Assembly (NCBI GenBank): GCA_046594925.1
Contig: JBKJQG010000306.1
Span: 1-61,654 of the forward strand
DNA from: Bacteroidia bacterium
GTDB taxonomy: Bacteria; Bacteroidota; Bacteroidia; 2-12-FULL-35-15
Length of the DNA: 61,654 bases
Reading direction: 5' to 3'
The notes under the pieces were generated by a model. That model worked only from the letters and a program-made list of their open reading frames with translations. It was not told the DNA's origin and ran no database searches. The translations under genes were made by a program, and so were the position numbers. Below, piece after piece: positions 45,976 to 55,186 of the stretch. Every line of letters begins with the position of its first letter. Position 1 is the first letter of the stretch.

Positions 45976-46686
45976 CTAGTTTATGCTTCTAACTATAACA
46001 AAAGCTTCTGCATACGATTTTCCAACGGCAACACCCCATCGCTGTGCTTGGATCTTCAATGCTTCTGGTGATCTTGGATGCGGATATTTTCTCTTTTCAA
46101 ATTCATAGGATTCCATTCCTTTGATTTTTGCCTGGATGTTTTTTTCTGAGACTTCAAAAAATAAATTCGGAATAAAATGTCTTGGATCTGTAGATGCTCT
46201 CCATTCTGTTCCGGAAGGTGTTTCAAAAGCGATGATCGTTGAAACTTTTTCGTTTTCCATCGGGCGAGTCGCGGTAATAACCGCATCAAATGTTTTCTGA
46301 TGGTCGATGTTCAGGTCGCCGCCATGGTGTGTGAAGATCACATCGGGCTTGAATTCATTTTTTTCTTTTTCAACGACTTTCACAATGTCAAGAAGATTCA
46401 CGTCGTCGAAACGGTTGTCCGGAAATTCGTAAATGCTCACGGTTTTATATCCTATGGCGTCTTTCGCTGAGTGAATGTTCTTTTTATGTGTTTCCAGTTC
46501 TTTTTTCCAGGCTTCAGAATCGCGCTGATCGGAGCGGGAAGTAATGCCTTCTCCGAGGATGACTACGTGGGTAATCACGTTGTATTCCGTTATCAGTTTG
46601 TGCATGGTTGCACCCAGTCCTAAAAGTTCATCATCAGGATGAGCCACTACGATCATGATCCGTTTGTCTTTTAATGATTGTAACAT
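45976..46686 (-). CDS. PIG-L/LmbE-family N-deacetylase
   Basis: 236 aa; VVAHPDDELLG and HHGGDLNIDH motifs. Confidence 0.85.
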   Translation of the reverse strand: MLQSLKDKRIMIVVAHPDDELLGLGATMHKLITEYNVITHVVILGEGITSRSDQRDSEAWKKELETHKKNIHSAKDAIGYKTVSIYEFPDNRFDDVNLLDIVKVVEKEKNEFKPDVIFTHHGGDLNIDHQKTFDAVITATRPMENEKVSTIIAFETPSGTEWRASTDPRHFIPNLFFEVSEKNIQAKIKGMESYEFEKRKYPHPRSPEALKIQAQRWGVAVGKSYAEAFVIVRSIN

Positions 46687-46696
46687 TTTCTGTTAA

Positions 46697-47431
46697 TTAT
46701 AGTTGCTGCCAGGCTCTCACTCTCGGGATCGCCGGGCATACATCTTGGTTTATACTGGATAATTGAACGGTTTGATTGTCTGAATTTATGAAAAAATCTT
46801 CGTCTGTGCAAAATGCTGTCAGTGGCTGTTCTTTCAGGTAGCAAGCTGCTGTATCTATTCCGATCTTATAGCCGTCGTAATACACAGAATAAAAGCCTGT
46901 GTGCCCAAAAATTACGATCTTATCAAAATACTTTGTTTTCTGTTTTATGAAATCGTAACGGTTCAGCATTAATTTTTCTGCCGGGATCTTCTCAATGCTT
47001 GTATCATAGAGTTCAGGAGGAATTCCGCTATGTGTCATCACGTATTTATCCGTCTGATGATAATTTTTCAGTGAGGCAAAGAATGATCCGAACTCAGAAA
47101 ATAGTTTTTTCTTCGTTTCTGAAAGGGTTGCGTTCTTGCCGACCGACAGCACCGTGTTTTTTCCGCCGTATCGGATCAAGTGAGCTGCATGTTCATCGTT
47201 CTCACTGTTCAGTTGTTCCCAATAGTATTCATGGTTTCCGCGTAAAAAGACGCAGGAATATTCTTTGGACAATTGAACCAGATGCTCGAGAACCGCATAA
47301 GCGTCTTCTCCTTTGTCGACATAATCGCCAATGAATACGAAGGAGGGAGCCTTATCCTGCGCGATGATGTTTTTGAGAAGCAATTTCAATTTGCTAATCT
47401 CTCCGTGTATGTCGCCGATTACATAGTTCAT
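46697..47431 (-). CDS. calcineurin-like metallophosphoesterase (PPP/ApaH-like)
   Basis: 244 aa; GDIHG, GDYVDKG, GNHE, GHTG motifs. Confidence 0.85.
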   Translation of the reverse strand: MNYVIGDIHGEISKLKLLLKNIIAQDKAPSFVFIGDYVDKGEDAYAVLEHLVQLSKEYSCVFLRGNHEYYWEQLNSENDEHAAHLIRYGGKNTVLSVGKNATLSETKKKLFSEFGSFFASLKNYHQTDKYVMTHSGIPPELYDTSIEKIPAEKLMLNRYDFIKQKTKYFDKIVIFGHTGFYSVYYDGYKIGIDTAACYLKEQPLTAFCTDEDFFINSDNQTVQLSSINQDVCPAIPRVRAWQQL

Positions 47432-48318
47432 GCGGAGATGCTATTTAAATATCCTTTAAGGGAATGCTCATAATTGTCGTTGATAGTGACGTATTTCCTG
47501 ATCTTACTGTTGTCCAGATAAAAGTCTACATATCCTTTGTTGCCTTCTACACGTATTTCGGATGCCGAATCCAATGCTTTTTTTATCAGGGAGGCGCACT
47601 CAATGAAGTCTGTTTGCCTTCCGTAACTTAGATTGAAAACTTCTATAGAATGCTTCCAGTCGTATTTCTCAATGAAGCTGTTAAGGTAGTCGGAAAGGTC
47701 ATTTACATGGATCGTCTCCCAATATCCCAAAGATTCTGAGTTGAGAACTACTGCTTCATTTTTTAAACATTTTAGGGCTGTGTTGTAAATATACCCCGAA
47801 GTTCTGTCCCCTCCGTATATTCCCGGGGGCCGAAGGATCACTCCTTTTGGGCCGCTGGATTTGCAGTGAAAGCTAAAAATGTTCTCTCCAAGCAATTTGC
47901 TTAAGCCGTATGTACTCAATGGATCCAGTTCTCCGTCTTCCTTTACCGGTAAACTGTTGTTCTTTCCGTAAACAGTCATTGAAGAGACATAAATTATTTT
48001 TTCGGTCAGATGGTGCTCTTTTACGAAAGCCAGAAAAGAGCCCAATCCCAGCGTGTCCAGCTGAATGTATTCTTCTTTTAGTTCGGTCGTTCCCAATCCT
48101 TTTAAGGTAGAGGCCAGGATGATGATTTCTTCGTAGTGTCGCGAACGGATATTTTCAAATGTTTTTTTGTCGAGCAAGTCCAACTTAATCGATTCGTCTT
48201 TGCCTGTAGTGGAAGTAAAAAAAATGGAACGACTGGAAATTGAATTTCGGAGATGGGAACCCAGATACCCGGATCCACCTACAAGCAATATGTTTTTGCT
48301 CTTATTCATAGAAAACAT
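47428..48318 (-). CDS. NAD-dependent epimerase/dehydratase (extended SDR)
   Basis: 296 aa; VGGSGYLGSHL, YGLSK. The start could instead be the Met at 48309. Confidence 0.8.
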   Translation of the reverse strand: MFSMNKSKNILLVGGSGYLGSHLRNSISSRSIFFTSTTGKDESIKLDLLDKKTFENIRSRHYEEIIILASTLKGLGTTELKEEYIQLDTLGLGSFLAFVKEHHLTEKIIYVSSMTVYGKNNSLPVKEDGELDPLSTYGLSKLLGENIFSFHCKSSGPKGVILRPPGIYGGDRTSGYIYNTALKCLKNEAVVLNSESLGYWETIHVNDLSDYLNSFIEKYDWKHSIEVFNLSYGRQTDFIECASLIKKALDSASEIRVEGNKGYVDFYLDNSKIRKYVTINDNYEHSLKGYLNSISA

Positions 48319-49246
48319 TTTCCCATCTTCTGTGAAGGATCAAATTTTCTTTGGGCCTGATCAAGGGGCCGTCGTACTTTTTATCGGAGTAGGTCAGCCA
48401 TAATCCGACTTCATCAATGCCATCTTCATAACTCATGATGGAAGTGGTAGAGAAACGAGGATTTATTTCAAATATTTTTATTGCTCCTTCTGGAGTGATG
48501 TATAATTGAATATTAATGGGGCCTTTGGGTTTCAAAGTCTTGTTTATTTCCAATGCGATCTTTTCGATTTCAGCATTTGTTTCAGTGATTGCCTTGATGG
48601 TGATTCCTTTTTTACTCAGTATTTTCCGGCAACTGATGTAAATGACATCGTCCAGATTATTGATCAGCACTCCTACGGTGTATTCCTGTCCCTGGATGCA
48701 TTCCTGAACGAGTAGTTCTTTTGGTTGATATTTTTCCAACACGTAGTAAGCTTCCAGTTCTTGTTTGGAACTGATCTTGCGGATGCCTCTGCTTCCTCTT
48801 CCCGAAATGGGTTTTACAAAATATTCTTTGCCGCCTTCCCACTTGAACTCATCACCGGTCCAGGTTGCGATGGAAGAAATCTTTTTGGCGTCCAATTCTT
48901 TCATCAGCAGGTCTTTTCTCATGGCAAGCAGACAAAAGGCCAGATCTGGAGAAAGGAGTCTTAAGGATGGGACTTGTTTTTTTATTTCGTGGGCGACTTC
49001 TATTTCTTCATCTATCAAAGGAATGTAAACATCAATCGCGTTTTTCTCAATGATGTTCTTGATGAAGGGAATGTAGGCCGGGTCACGGACAAGAGGAGCA
49101 GGAAAAAAATTATAAGATGGATAAAGTTTTGTTAATGAGCTGTCGGCATCGACATAGAACAATTCATAGGAGTCTTTTAGCTTTTCATGAAGGTAGGGGA
49201 ACAATGATCCGCCCAGGCCCGACAACAGCAACTTTGTTTTAATCAT
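48302..49246 (-). CDS. ATP-grasp domain protein
   Basis: 314 aa; FVKPISGRGSRGI, LVQECIQGQEYTV, IFEINPRFS pattern. Confidence 0.75.
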   Translation of the reverse strand: MIKTKLLLSGLGGSLFPYLHEKLKDSYELFYVDADSSLTKLYPSYNFFPAPLVRDPAYIPFIKNIIEKNAIDVYIPLIDEEIEVAHEIKKQVPSLRLLSPDLAFCLLAMRKDLLMKELDAKKISSIATWTGDEFKWEGGKEYFVKPISGRGSRGIRKISSKQELEAYYVLEKYQPKELLVQECIQGQEYTVGVLINNLDDVIYISCRKILSKKGITIKAITETNAEIEKIALEINKTLKPKGPINIQLYITPEGAIKIFEINPRFSTTSIMSYEDGIDEVGLWLTYSDKKYDGPLIRPKENLILHRRWENVFYE

Positions 49247-50277
49247 AACATTTCCCAGGTTATTGGTTCATCATCTTCAATGTTCTTCTGGGCGGTTTTT
49301 CCGACAACTAAATGGATCTGTGAAGGATGTATTCCAAGCCCCGGACGCTTGATGATGATGTCATCATTAGTGATTACCTGGCCCTTACTTATTTTATTCC
49401 TCGCAATGATGCTTCTTCTGGCTTTCGTGAACAATTCTTGTTCTTCAGCGCGTGGACCGTTCTTCAAACCATCTCCGAAAGCACTTTCAATATCCCTGAT
49501 CTTACCGATCATCGCTTTCAGTTCTTCCGGTTCGATCGCAAAATTATGATCAGGACCTGGAAGCTGACGTCCGAGTGTATAATGTTTTTCGATCACTTTT
49601 GCTCCCATTGCGACAGCTGCACAAGGAATGTGATCTCCTAAAGTATGATCTGAATATCCGGTGATCACTCCAAACATGTTGGCCATCGTGCTCATGGAAT
49701 TCAGGTTTGACAAATGTGCGGGTGCCGGGTAAAGCGAAGTACATTGAAGAACTATGATCTGGTCATTGTTGTTTTGTCTGCAGATATTTATCGCGGTTTC
49801 AATTTCTGCCGTCGTCGACATACCCGTTGAGAACATCACTGCTTTGCCGGTCTTGGCGATTGTTTCCACCAGGCGAATGTCCACCATGTCGTAGGACGCG
49901 ATCTTGATGACCGGCATTCCTACGGAGACAGCTATTTCTATCGCTTCTTTATCGCAGGGTGAATCTAAAAAATCAATGTTTAGTTTATCACAGAGGGGAG
50001 CTAACTTTGAATGCCAGCTGCGGTCGATCTCCAGTTTCTCTATCAATTCATAAATGCCTTCTTTATAGAGATCGATCTTGGGTGTCCTTTTGGAATAGTG
50101 ATCTTTTGCTTTGAACGTTTGAAATTTTACGGCATTGGCACCTGCATTTTTTGCTTTTTCAATTAACTCACAGGCCATGTCGAAATTTCCATTGTGATTG
50201 CTGCCAATTTCAGCAATTACATAGCAAGGCTGGCCGGAACCGATTTCGGAAAATTTTGTTTTGATCGTTTTTTTCAT
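49243..50277 (-). CDS. pseI: NeuB-family nonulosonic acid synthase (pseudaminic acid synthase-like) with SAF domain
   Basis: 344 aa; CYVIAEIGSNHNGNFDMA..AGANAVKFQTF; C-terminal SAF-like segment. Assignment to Pse rather than Neu or Leg rests on the neighbouring pseB/pseG/pseH. Confidence 0.8.
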   Translation of the reverse strand: MKKTIKTKFSEIGSGQPCYVIAEIGSNHNGNFDMACELIEKAKNAGANAVKFQTFKAKDHYSKRTPKIDLYKEGIYELIEKLEIDRSWHSKLAPLCDKLNIDFLDSPCDKEAIEIAVSVGMPVIKIASYDMVDIRLVETIAKTGKAVMFSTGMSTTAEIETAINICRQNNNDQIIVLQCTSLYPAPAHLSNLNSMSTMANMFGVITGYSDHTLGDHIPCAAVAMGAKVIEKHYTLGRQLPGPDHNFAIEPEELKAMIGKIRDIESAFGDGLKNGPRAEEQELFTKARRSIIARNKISKGQVITNDDIIIKRPGLGIHPSQIHLVVGKTAQKNIEDDEPITWEML

Positions 50278-50381
50278 TTAATCGTCTGCTTATCTGGTAT
50301 GAAGCAACAGAATCAATGCAAATATAAGAAATTTACTCAGATGAGGGTGGTTTGTAAGATAGCTATATGCTTAGCTGTCAA

Positions 50382-51857
50382 TTATTTGTATCGAAGAACA
50401 CTGTAGGAAGAATAGCGAATACCCTTTGCGACTGATGATCCTCTTCGTTTGAACCCAAGCTTTTCGAAAACACGGTTAGACGCCATGTTGGACACTTTTG
50501 CTTTTGCAGTGATCAGGTCATTTGGATAGTTGAGGTAATAGTCTTGGATGGATTTCTTTAAAATGATTTCTCCATATCCTTTGCCACGGTATTTTTTTGC
50601 GATGGAATAATCTATTTCCGCGGTGGTGTTTGTTCTGTCGAGGCGCACCTGTCCCAAAGGAATTCCATTTTTCTCGAGGATGTAAAGTACAGCGTTTTCA
50701 TTTTTCAATTTTCTATCAAACCAACTTTTATGATCAGCAAACAAAATGGGTTCGGTGCTGACTGAATTCTTGCGGACGTCTGTGTCATTCGCCCATTTAA
50801 AATAAGTGAGGACATCTTTGGAGTTTGCCCGACGAAGTGTCAATCCTCTTTCTTTTTCTAAATTGTCGAAGATGCCCGACAGGTTCTTTTTTGAATTTCC
50901 GGAAAAATAGGTGTTCCTGTTTTTGAAGTATGCTGGTGCGGTGGAACTGTTCTGCAATTTAGAAAGTTGTGTGTTGAAGGACGCGAGCGGGTAAGCAATT
51001 TTTGAACGGATCAAAAATTTGTAGATGTTCTTTTGATTCAGTACCGTTTGGTAGACAAACAGAAAGCCGCCAACGGAAGCATATTCGTAGGAGATGGTGC
51101 TGGCAGAACAAATGGCGACAGAAGATTTTTTCATCAATGAATGAATCTTTTCTTCGGAAAGGTTATGATGAATGGCAATCGAAGTGTGTTTGTTCTTCTT
51201 GATGATTTCATTCAGCTCATTCTTGTGTGGATAGAAACTTCCTATGACGATGTCGATCGACTGAATCGTTTTGTTTTTTAGGCAAACGGACAAAGCTTTC
51301 TTGCTGAAGTTCTGCTGATCTGTCCCCCCCATATTTATAAAAGCCTTATGTGTCTTTTTTAAAGACGGGAGCTTCTGTTTTTTTAAGAAAGAACTTCTTA
51401 GGATCGCATACTGTGTACCCAGATAGAGTTTTGAAAACTGTTCGATGGAATAGTCCATGGGCTTTATTCCTTCACTGTGATTAATGACCACATCTGCTGC
51501 AAAAGAACGATCATAGATGTCGTCGATGCAGACTAACTTAAAACACTTTTCCTTTACTTCCAGCTGATAGTTGAGGTCGAATCCATATCCGTCGAGGATA
51601 ACAATGTCATTACTGCGAATGAATTCAGTCGCTATTTTTTTTGCTTCTGCATCGCTGTTCTTTGATACAGGAATTTCTATCAGTTCATCACAAGTATTTT
51701 TGATCTGCTCTTTTAGAAATGCGTCTGTTTTCTGAATGATGAAGACAATGCGGTATTTAGCTTTTAGGATGGAAGCCAGGCTCAATGCGCGGATGACATG
51801 TCCATATCCGGCTACAACGTTGCCATCAGCTCTGAATATGATCCTGTTTTTGTCCAC
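50382..51857 (-). CDS. PseG-like UDP-sugar hydrolase fused to a PseH-like GNAT N-acetyltransferase
   Basis: 491 aa. N-terminus IIFRADGNVVAGYGHVIRALSLA (PseG signature). The C-terminal ~170 aa is a GNAT (YRGKGYGEIILK...NRVFEKLGF). Confidence 0.75.
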   Translation of the reverse strand: MDKNRIIFRADGNVVAGYGHVIRALSLASILKAKYRIVFIIQKTDAFLKEQIKNTCDELIEIPVSKNSDAEAKKIATEFIRSNDIVILDGYGFDLNYQLEVKEKCFKLVCIDDIYDRSFAADVVINHSEGIKPMDYSIEQFSKLYLGTQYAILRSSFLKKQKLPSLKKTHKAFINMGGTDQQNFSKKALSVCLKNKTIQSIDIVIGSFYPHKNELNEIIKKNKHTSIAIHHNLSEEKIHSLMKKSSVAICSASTISYEYASVGGFLFVYQTVLNQKNIYKFLIRSKIAYPLASFNTQLSKLQNSSTAPAYFKNRNTYFSGNSKKNLSGIFDNLEKERGLTLRRANSKDVLTYFKWANDTDVRKNSVSTEPILFADHKSWFDRKLKNENAVLYILEKNGIPLGQVRLDRTNTTAEIDYSIAKKYRGKGYGEIILKKSIQDYYLNYPNDLITAKAKVSNMASNRVFEKLGFKRRGSSVAKGIRYSSYSVLRYK

Positions 51858-51863
51858 GTTCGT

Positions 51864-52652
51864 TTATTTAGAAGATATTTTGGTAACCCTGTTCAAAGTT
51901 TCGATTAATTCCTTGTTGTCTTTATATTTGACAACAAGCGAGTCATTGATCTTCGCTATCTCCGGATTCGCATCCAGGAATTGGATGACATCTCTGAGAT
52001 CGGGGTCAACGCCGATTTTTGAAAAATGGTCTTCAATAACGTTGAATAAGGTCAAATCTTCTTCGTAATCAAGTGTAAGCCTGTAGTCACGAATCAGATC
52101 GGCTGGCAGATCTACTTTGTTCAATTTGAAGTAATCCGGATTGTTGGTGAAATAAAACGACATATACTCCGAATAGTCGGCATTCGGAAAAAAGCTTTTT
52201 GCTTTTCTCAGTGCATCTGAATTGATGATCTCTAGATTGGTTCCGATCGCCGCAGTCGTGCCTATCGTATAGTCTGCATTGTTTTCGAGGTGAGATTTTA
52301 ATACAACTTGAAAGATCTCATTCGTAACAAAAGGCATGTCGGCGGTGACTCTTGCAAATACATCAATGTGGTATTTATTCACAACATCCACGTAGCGTTG
52401 CATCACATCATCGGGTTCCCCCTGAAAGAATTTTACTTCCGGACTGTAGGTGTGTTTTGCAAGTTCTCCATCTTCAGGCAGTGTTGATGTGGCGAGAACG
52501 GTAGTGTTGACACCTTTGAAGCGCAGTGTGTTTTTAATGCAATATTCTACTGAACTCAGGTTGCCGATCTTCAGCAATGCCTTCCTTGTCAGCCTGGTCG
52601 ACTTTAACCGGCAGGCTATGATGGTTCCGATGTTTAAATTTTTCTTGTCCAT
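51864..52652 (-). CDS. cytidylyltransferase (SpsF/PseF/NeuA family)
   Basis: 262 aa; IIACRLKSTRLTRKAL N-terminal motif. Confidence 0.75.
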   Translation of the reverse strand: MDKKNLNIGTIIACRLKSTRLTRKALLKIGNLSSVEYCIKNTLRFKGVNTTVLATSTLPEDGELAKHTYSPEVKFFQGEPDDVMQRYVDVVNKYHIDVFARVTADMPFVTNEIFQVVLKSHLENNADYTIGTTAAIGTNLEIINSDALRKAKSFFPNADYSEYMSFYFTNNPDYFKLNKVDLPADLIRDYRLTLDYEEDLTLFNVIEDHFSKIGVDPDLRDVIQFLDANPEIAKINDSLVVKYKDNKELIETLNRVTKISSK

Positions 52653-52655
52653 TGT

Positions 52656-53687
52656 TTATGAAACTAATTTTTCCAGTTCATCGATTTCTTCGAGTGCTTC
52701 AAATTGAGTTTGAAAGATGAAGGACCACTTTGAACTTCCTTTTTCAGTCAACTCCTTCATTATGTAAAGTAAACGTTTTAAAACATCCGTCTTTCCCAGG
52801 ACAATTAATGCTGCCAAACTTTTTTCGGGAAAGGAAAGTTGAAATTCGGCCTTTAATTGAAGAGCAATCTTTTTATGATCAGACGCTGTGGCCGCCTCAT
52901 TCAGTGTCATCAGCTGGCGCATGCATTTATAGAGACCAAAGCCTAGCGAAATTTCAATCGTCGTGTTTTGGAAACTCTCGAAGTCGGTCAGTAATTTAAG
53001 TTTCTTGTTCTCAAAGATCAGATTGTGCGGGTGGATGTCGACATGAAAAATCGAATTATGATAATTGTGTTTATTGTTTTCGAAAAGCGCTCTCGATTTT
53101 TCGTATTCGGAAAGTATGCGCTCGAGGTGTCCGTTTTCAATGCCTTCGACTTTTCCTGTGTTCTTTAATTTACCCACCAGGAGGTCTTCTTCATTTGTAA
53201 AGAAGCTCCGTTCCGGGAGGTCTTGCAACTTGCGGGGGTTGTTGAATGAAGCATCGTAAAGCGTTTTCATTGCTGCAACAAGGGTTGGCCATTGCTCAAG
53301 GGAGGAACCGAAATAATTTCCGTTCTCAAAAAAAGTAAGACAATAGCAATGGTCTGCGTCAGAACTGATAAGTTTGCCTTGTTTGTCCGGAACGAATTGA
53401 ATGGAAGGGAAGCTACTGTCTGAAATGCGGACAGTCCATTCAGCCTGCGCGGATAAAGTTTTGTGTTTTGACAGATCCGCGCGTTTCAGGATGTAGATGC
53501 TATTCGCAGTCACAACCTTCCAGTTGCTACTGTTCAGCTCAAAGGCCCCAATCCCATAGATTTCTTTTACTACAATATTTTCGTAATGTCTTTTAATGAC
53601 CGCGGTCAGTTTTTCGGTTTCCGGAACTGATAGGATGGAAAAGACGGGTGACGGAGCGGAAAAAATATTTTTCTTGAACAGGTACAT
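52656..53687 (-). CDS. APH/choline-kinase-fold small-molecule kinase
   Basis: 343 aa; Brenner motif HVDIHPHN and TDFES (DFG-equivalent). Confidence 0.7.
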   Translation of the reverse strand: MYLFKKNIFSAPSPVFSILSVPETEKLTAVIKRHYENIVVKEIYGIGAFELNSSNWKVVTANSIYILKRADLSKHKTLSAQAEWTVRISDSSFPSIQFVPDKQGKLISSDADHCYCLTFFENGNYFGSSLEQWPTLVAAMKTLYDASFNNPRKLQDLPERSFFTNEEDLLVGKLKNTGKVEGIENGHLERILSEYEKSRALFENNKHNYHNSIFHVDIHPHNLIFENKKLKLLTDFESFQNTTIEISLGFGLYKCMRQLMTLNEAATASDHKKIALQLKAEFQLSFPEKSLAALIVLGKTDVLKRLLYIMKELTEKGSSKWSFIFQTQFEALEEIDELEKLVS

Positions 53688-53697
53688 TCAGCAGGAT

Positions 53698-54477
53698 CTA
53701 AAAACTTTTCTTAACCAGTCCTCCGTCGATCGGTATGACTGTTCCTGTGATGTAATTGGATTCTTCGCCGGCGAGAAAGACGGCCATGTGTGAAAAATCT
53801 TTCGGGGATGCGATCCTTTGTATTGGAATGCTTGCTCCAACATTGATGATCACTTCATCCAATGTTTTTCCGGATGTGTCTGCTTGTTTTTGGAAAAGAC
53901 TGATCAGTCGGTCCGTCATCACAGCACCCGGGCATAAAGTATTGATGGTTACTCCGTCTTTCGCAACCAACAGTGAGGTTGATTTCAATGCATTGATGAG
54001 CATTGCTCGGAAGCTTGCCGATAGGATCATTCCGGCTGTGGGTTCGATTGCAATGGAAGAACTGATGTTTATGATTCTTCCGAATTTATTTTTTTGCATG
54101 TCTGGCACGAATGCTTTTAAAAGCATGATGGAGCTTTTGAATTGTTGCTGATAGTGAGTGTCCCAGTCTTCGAGTGATACGTCCTCGAATGTTCCCGGCG
54201 TTGGCCCTCCCGAATTCAGAACCAGGATAGAAGGAGCAAGGGACAGTTTTCGGATGTCGGAAATTAAATTGCTGACAGAATCTGCAAGGGAATAATCAGA
54301 TGGAATGGCATGGATTCCGGCAGAGGGAAATTGTTTCTTTAGTTCAGATTCGGTTTCCTGCAATCGACCACTACGTCCTGTGATGATGACATCAAATCCT
54401 TTTTCCAAAAGCCCTTGGGCGATCGCTTTTCCGATTCCTGCTGTAGAGCCCCCTACAAGTGCAATTTTTTTAGCCAT
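53698..54477 (-). CDS. atypical SDR-fold protein lacking the catalytic Tyr
   Basis: 259 aa; GGSTAGIGKAIA and NISSS are present, but the YxxxK position reads S-A-S-F-R. No Tyr occurs in IAIEPTAGMILSASFRAMLINALKSTSLLVAKDG. Confidence 0.75.
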   Translation of the reverse strand: MAKKIALVGGSTAGIGKAIAQGLLEKGFDVIITGRSGRLQETESELKKQFPSAGIHAIPSDYSLADSVSNLISDIRKLSLAPSILVLNSGGPTPGTFEDVSLEDWDTHYQQQFKSSIMLLKAFVPDMQKNKFGRIINISSSIAIEPTAGMILSASFRAMLINALKSTSLLVAKDGVTINTLCPGAVMTDRLISLFQKQADTSGKTLDEVIINVGASIPIQRIASPKDFSHMAVFLAGEESNYITGTVIPIDGGLVKKSF

Positions 54478-54481
54478 TTTT

Positions 54482-55186
54482 TTACAATGATTTTTGATAA
54501 GTAGTCAGTCTTTCTCTCAGCTTCTCAGAATAGCCCAGTTTTGTGGTTTCAATAAGCAATGCATCCAGGTACTTGCCTAAGGATAGATTGTAGTCCGATG
54601 GAAAAGGAAGTAATTCCTCTCTGATTTCTTCAATGTAATTTGTTCTGACCTGATCATCCGGATTCAGACCAAGCACAAAAAGATTGTCAATTTTGTCGAG
54701 CAGTTTCACAAGGACCAAAGATGTTCCTTTGTTGAAGATAGCTTTGTAATAAGATTTCTGGATGCTCGGAAAATGTGCTTTTCTGTCGATTACGAGTGTG
54801 TCAATGCCCGAAGAGATGAGTTCATTAAAACTGTTCTTCAACTCTTCGATCGTTATTTCTGTCGTTTCAGGAACGTTGTGAAGCAGTGCGATGACGATGT
54901 AATCAGAATGGATGTCGGGCTTCACTTTCAACAAGTAGGAGGCAAGGCGCAAAGGATGACTCAGATAACTGGATTTCAAATGGTTCTTTGAAAAGTCAAG
55001 ATTTTTTGCGTACTGCAATGCGTCGAGGATGTTCTGTTCTTCCCTGTTGTATTGACTTAGAAGGTCAAGAAACTGTTTTTCGGTAAGAGATGAATCGGAA
55101 CACAGGCTGGTCATTTTCTCAGCTCTTTCGGAGTCAAAATCTTTGAAAATGAGCATGTCATTGATGATTAAATTCATTTGAATCAA
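54482..55186 (-). CDS. RelA/SpoT-type HD (HD_4) hydrolase-like protein with a degenerate metal site
   Basis: 234 aa; SHPLRLASYLL...IALLHNVPETTE...VKLLDKIDN parallels HP..VA..L...AALLHDV.EDT...KLADRLHN. HD is changed to HN and ED to ET. Confidence 0.6.
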   Translation of the reverse strand: MIQMNLIINDMLIFKDFDSERAEKMTSLCSDSSLTEKQFLDLLSQYNREEQNILDALQYAKNLDFSKNHLKSSYLSHPLRLASYLLKVKPDIHSDYIVIALLHNVPETTEITIEELKNSFNELISSGIDTLVIDRKAHFPSIQKSYYKAIFNKGTSLVLVKLLDKIDNLFVLGLNPDDQVRTNYIEEIREELLPFPSDYNLSLGKYLDALLIETTKLGYSEKLRERLTTYQKSL

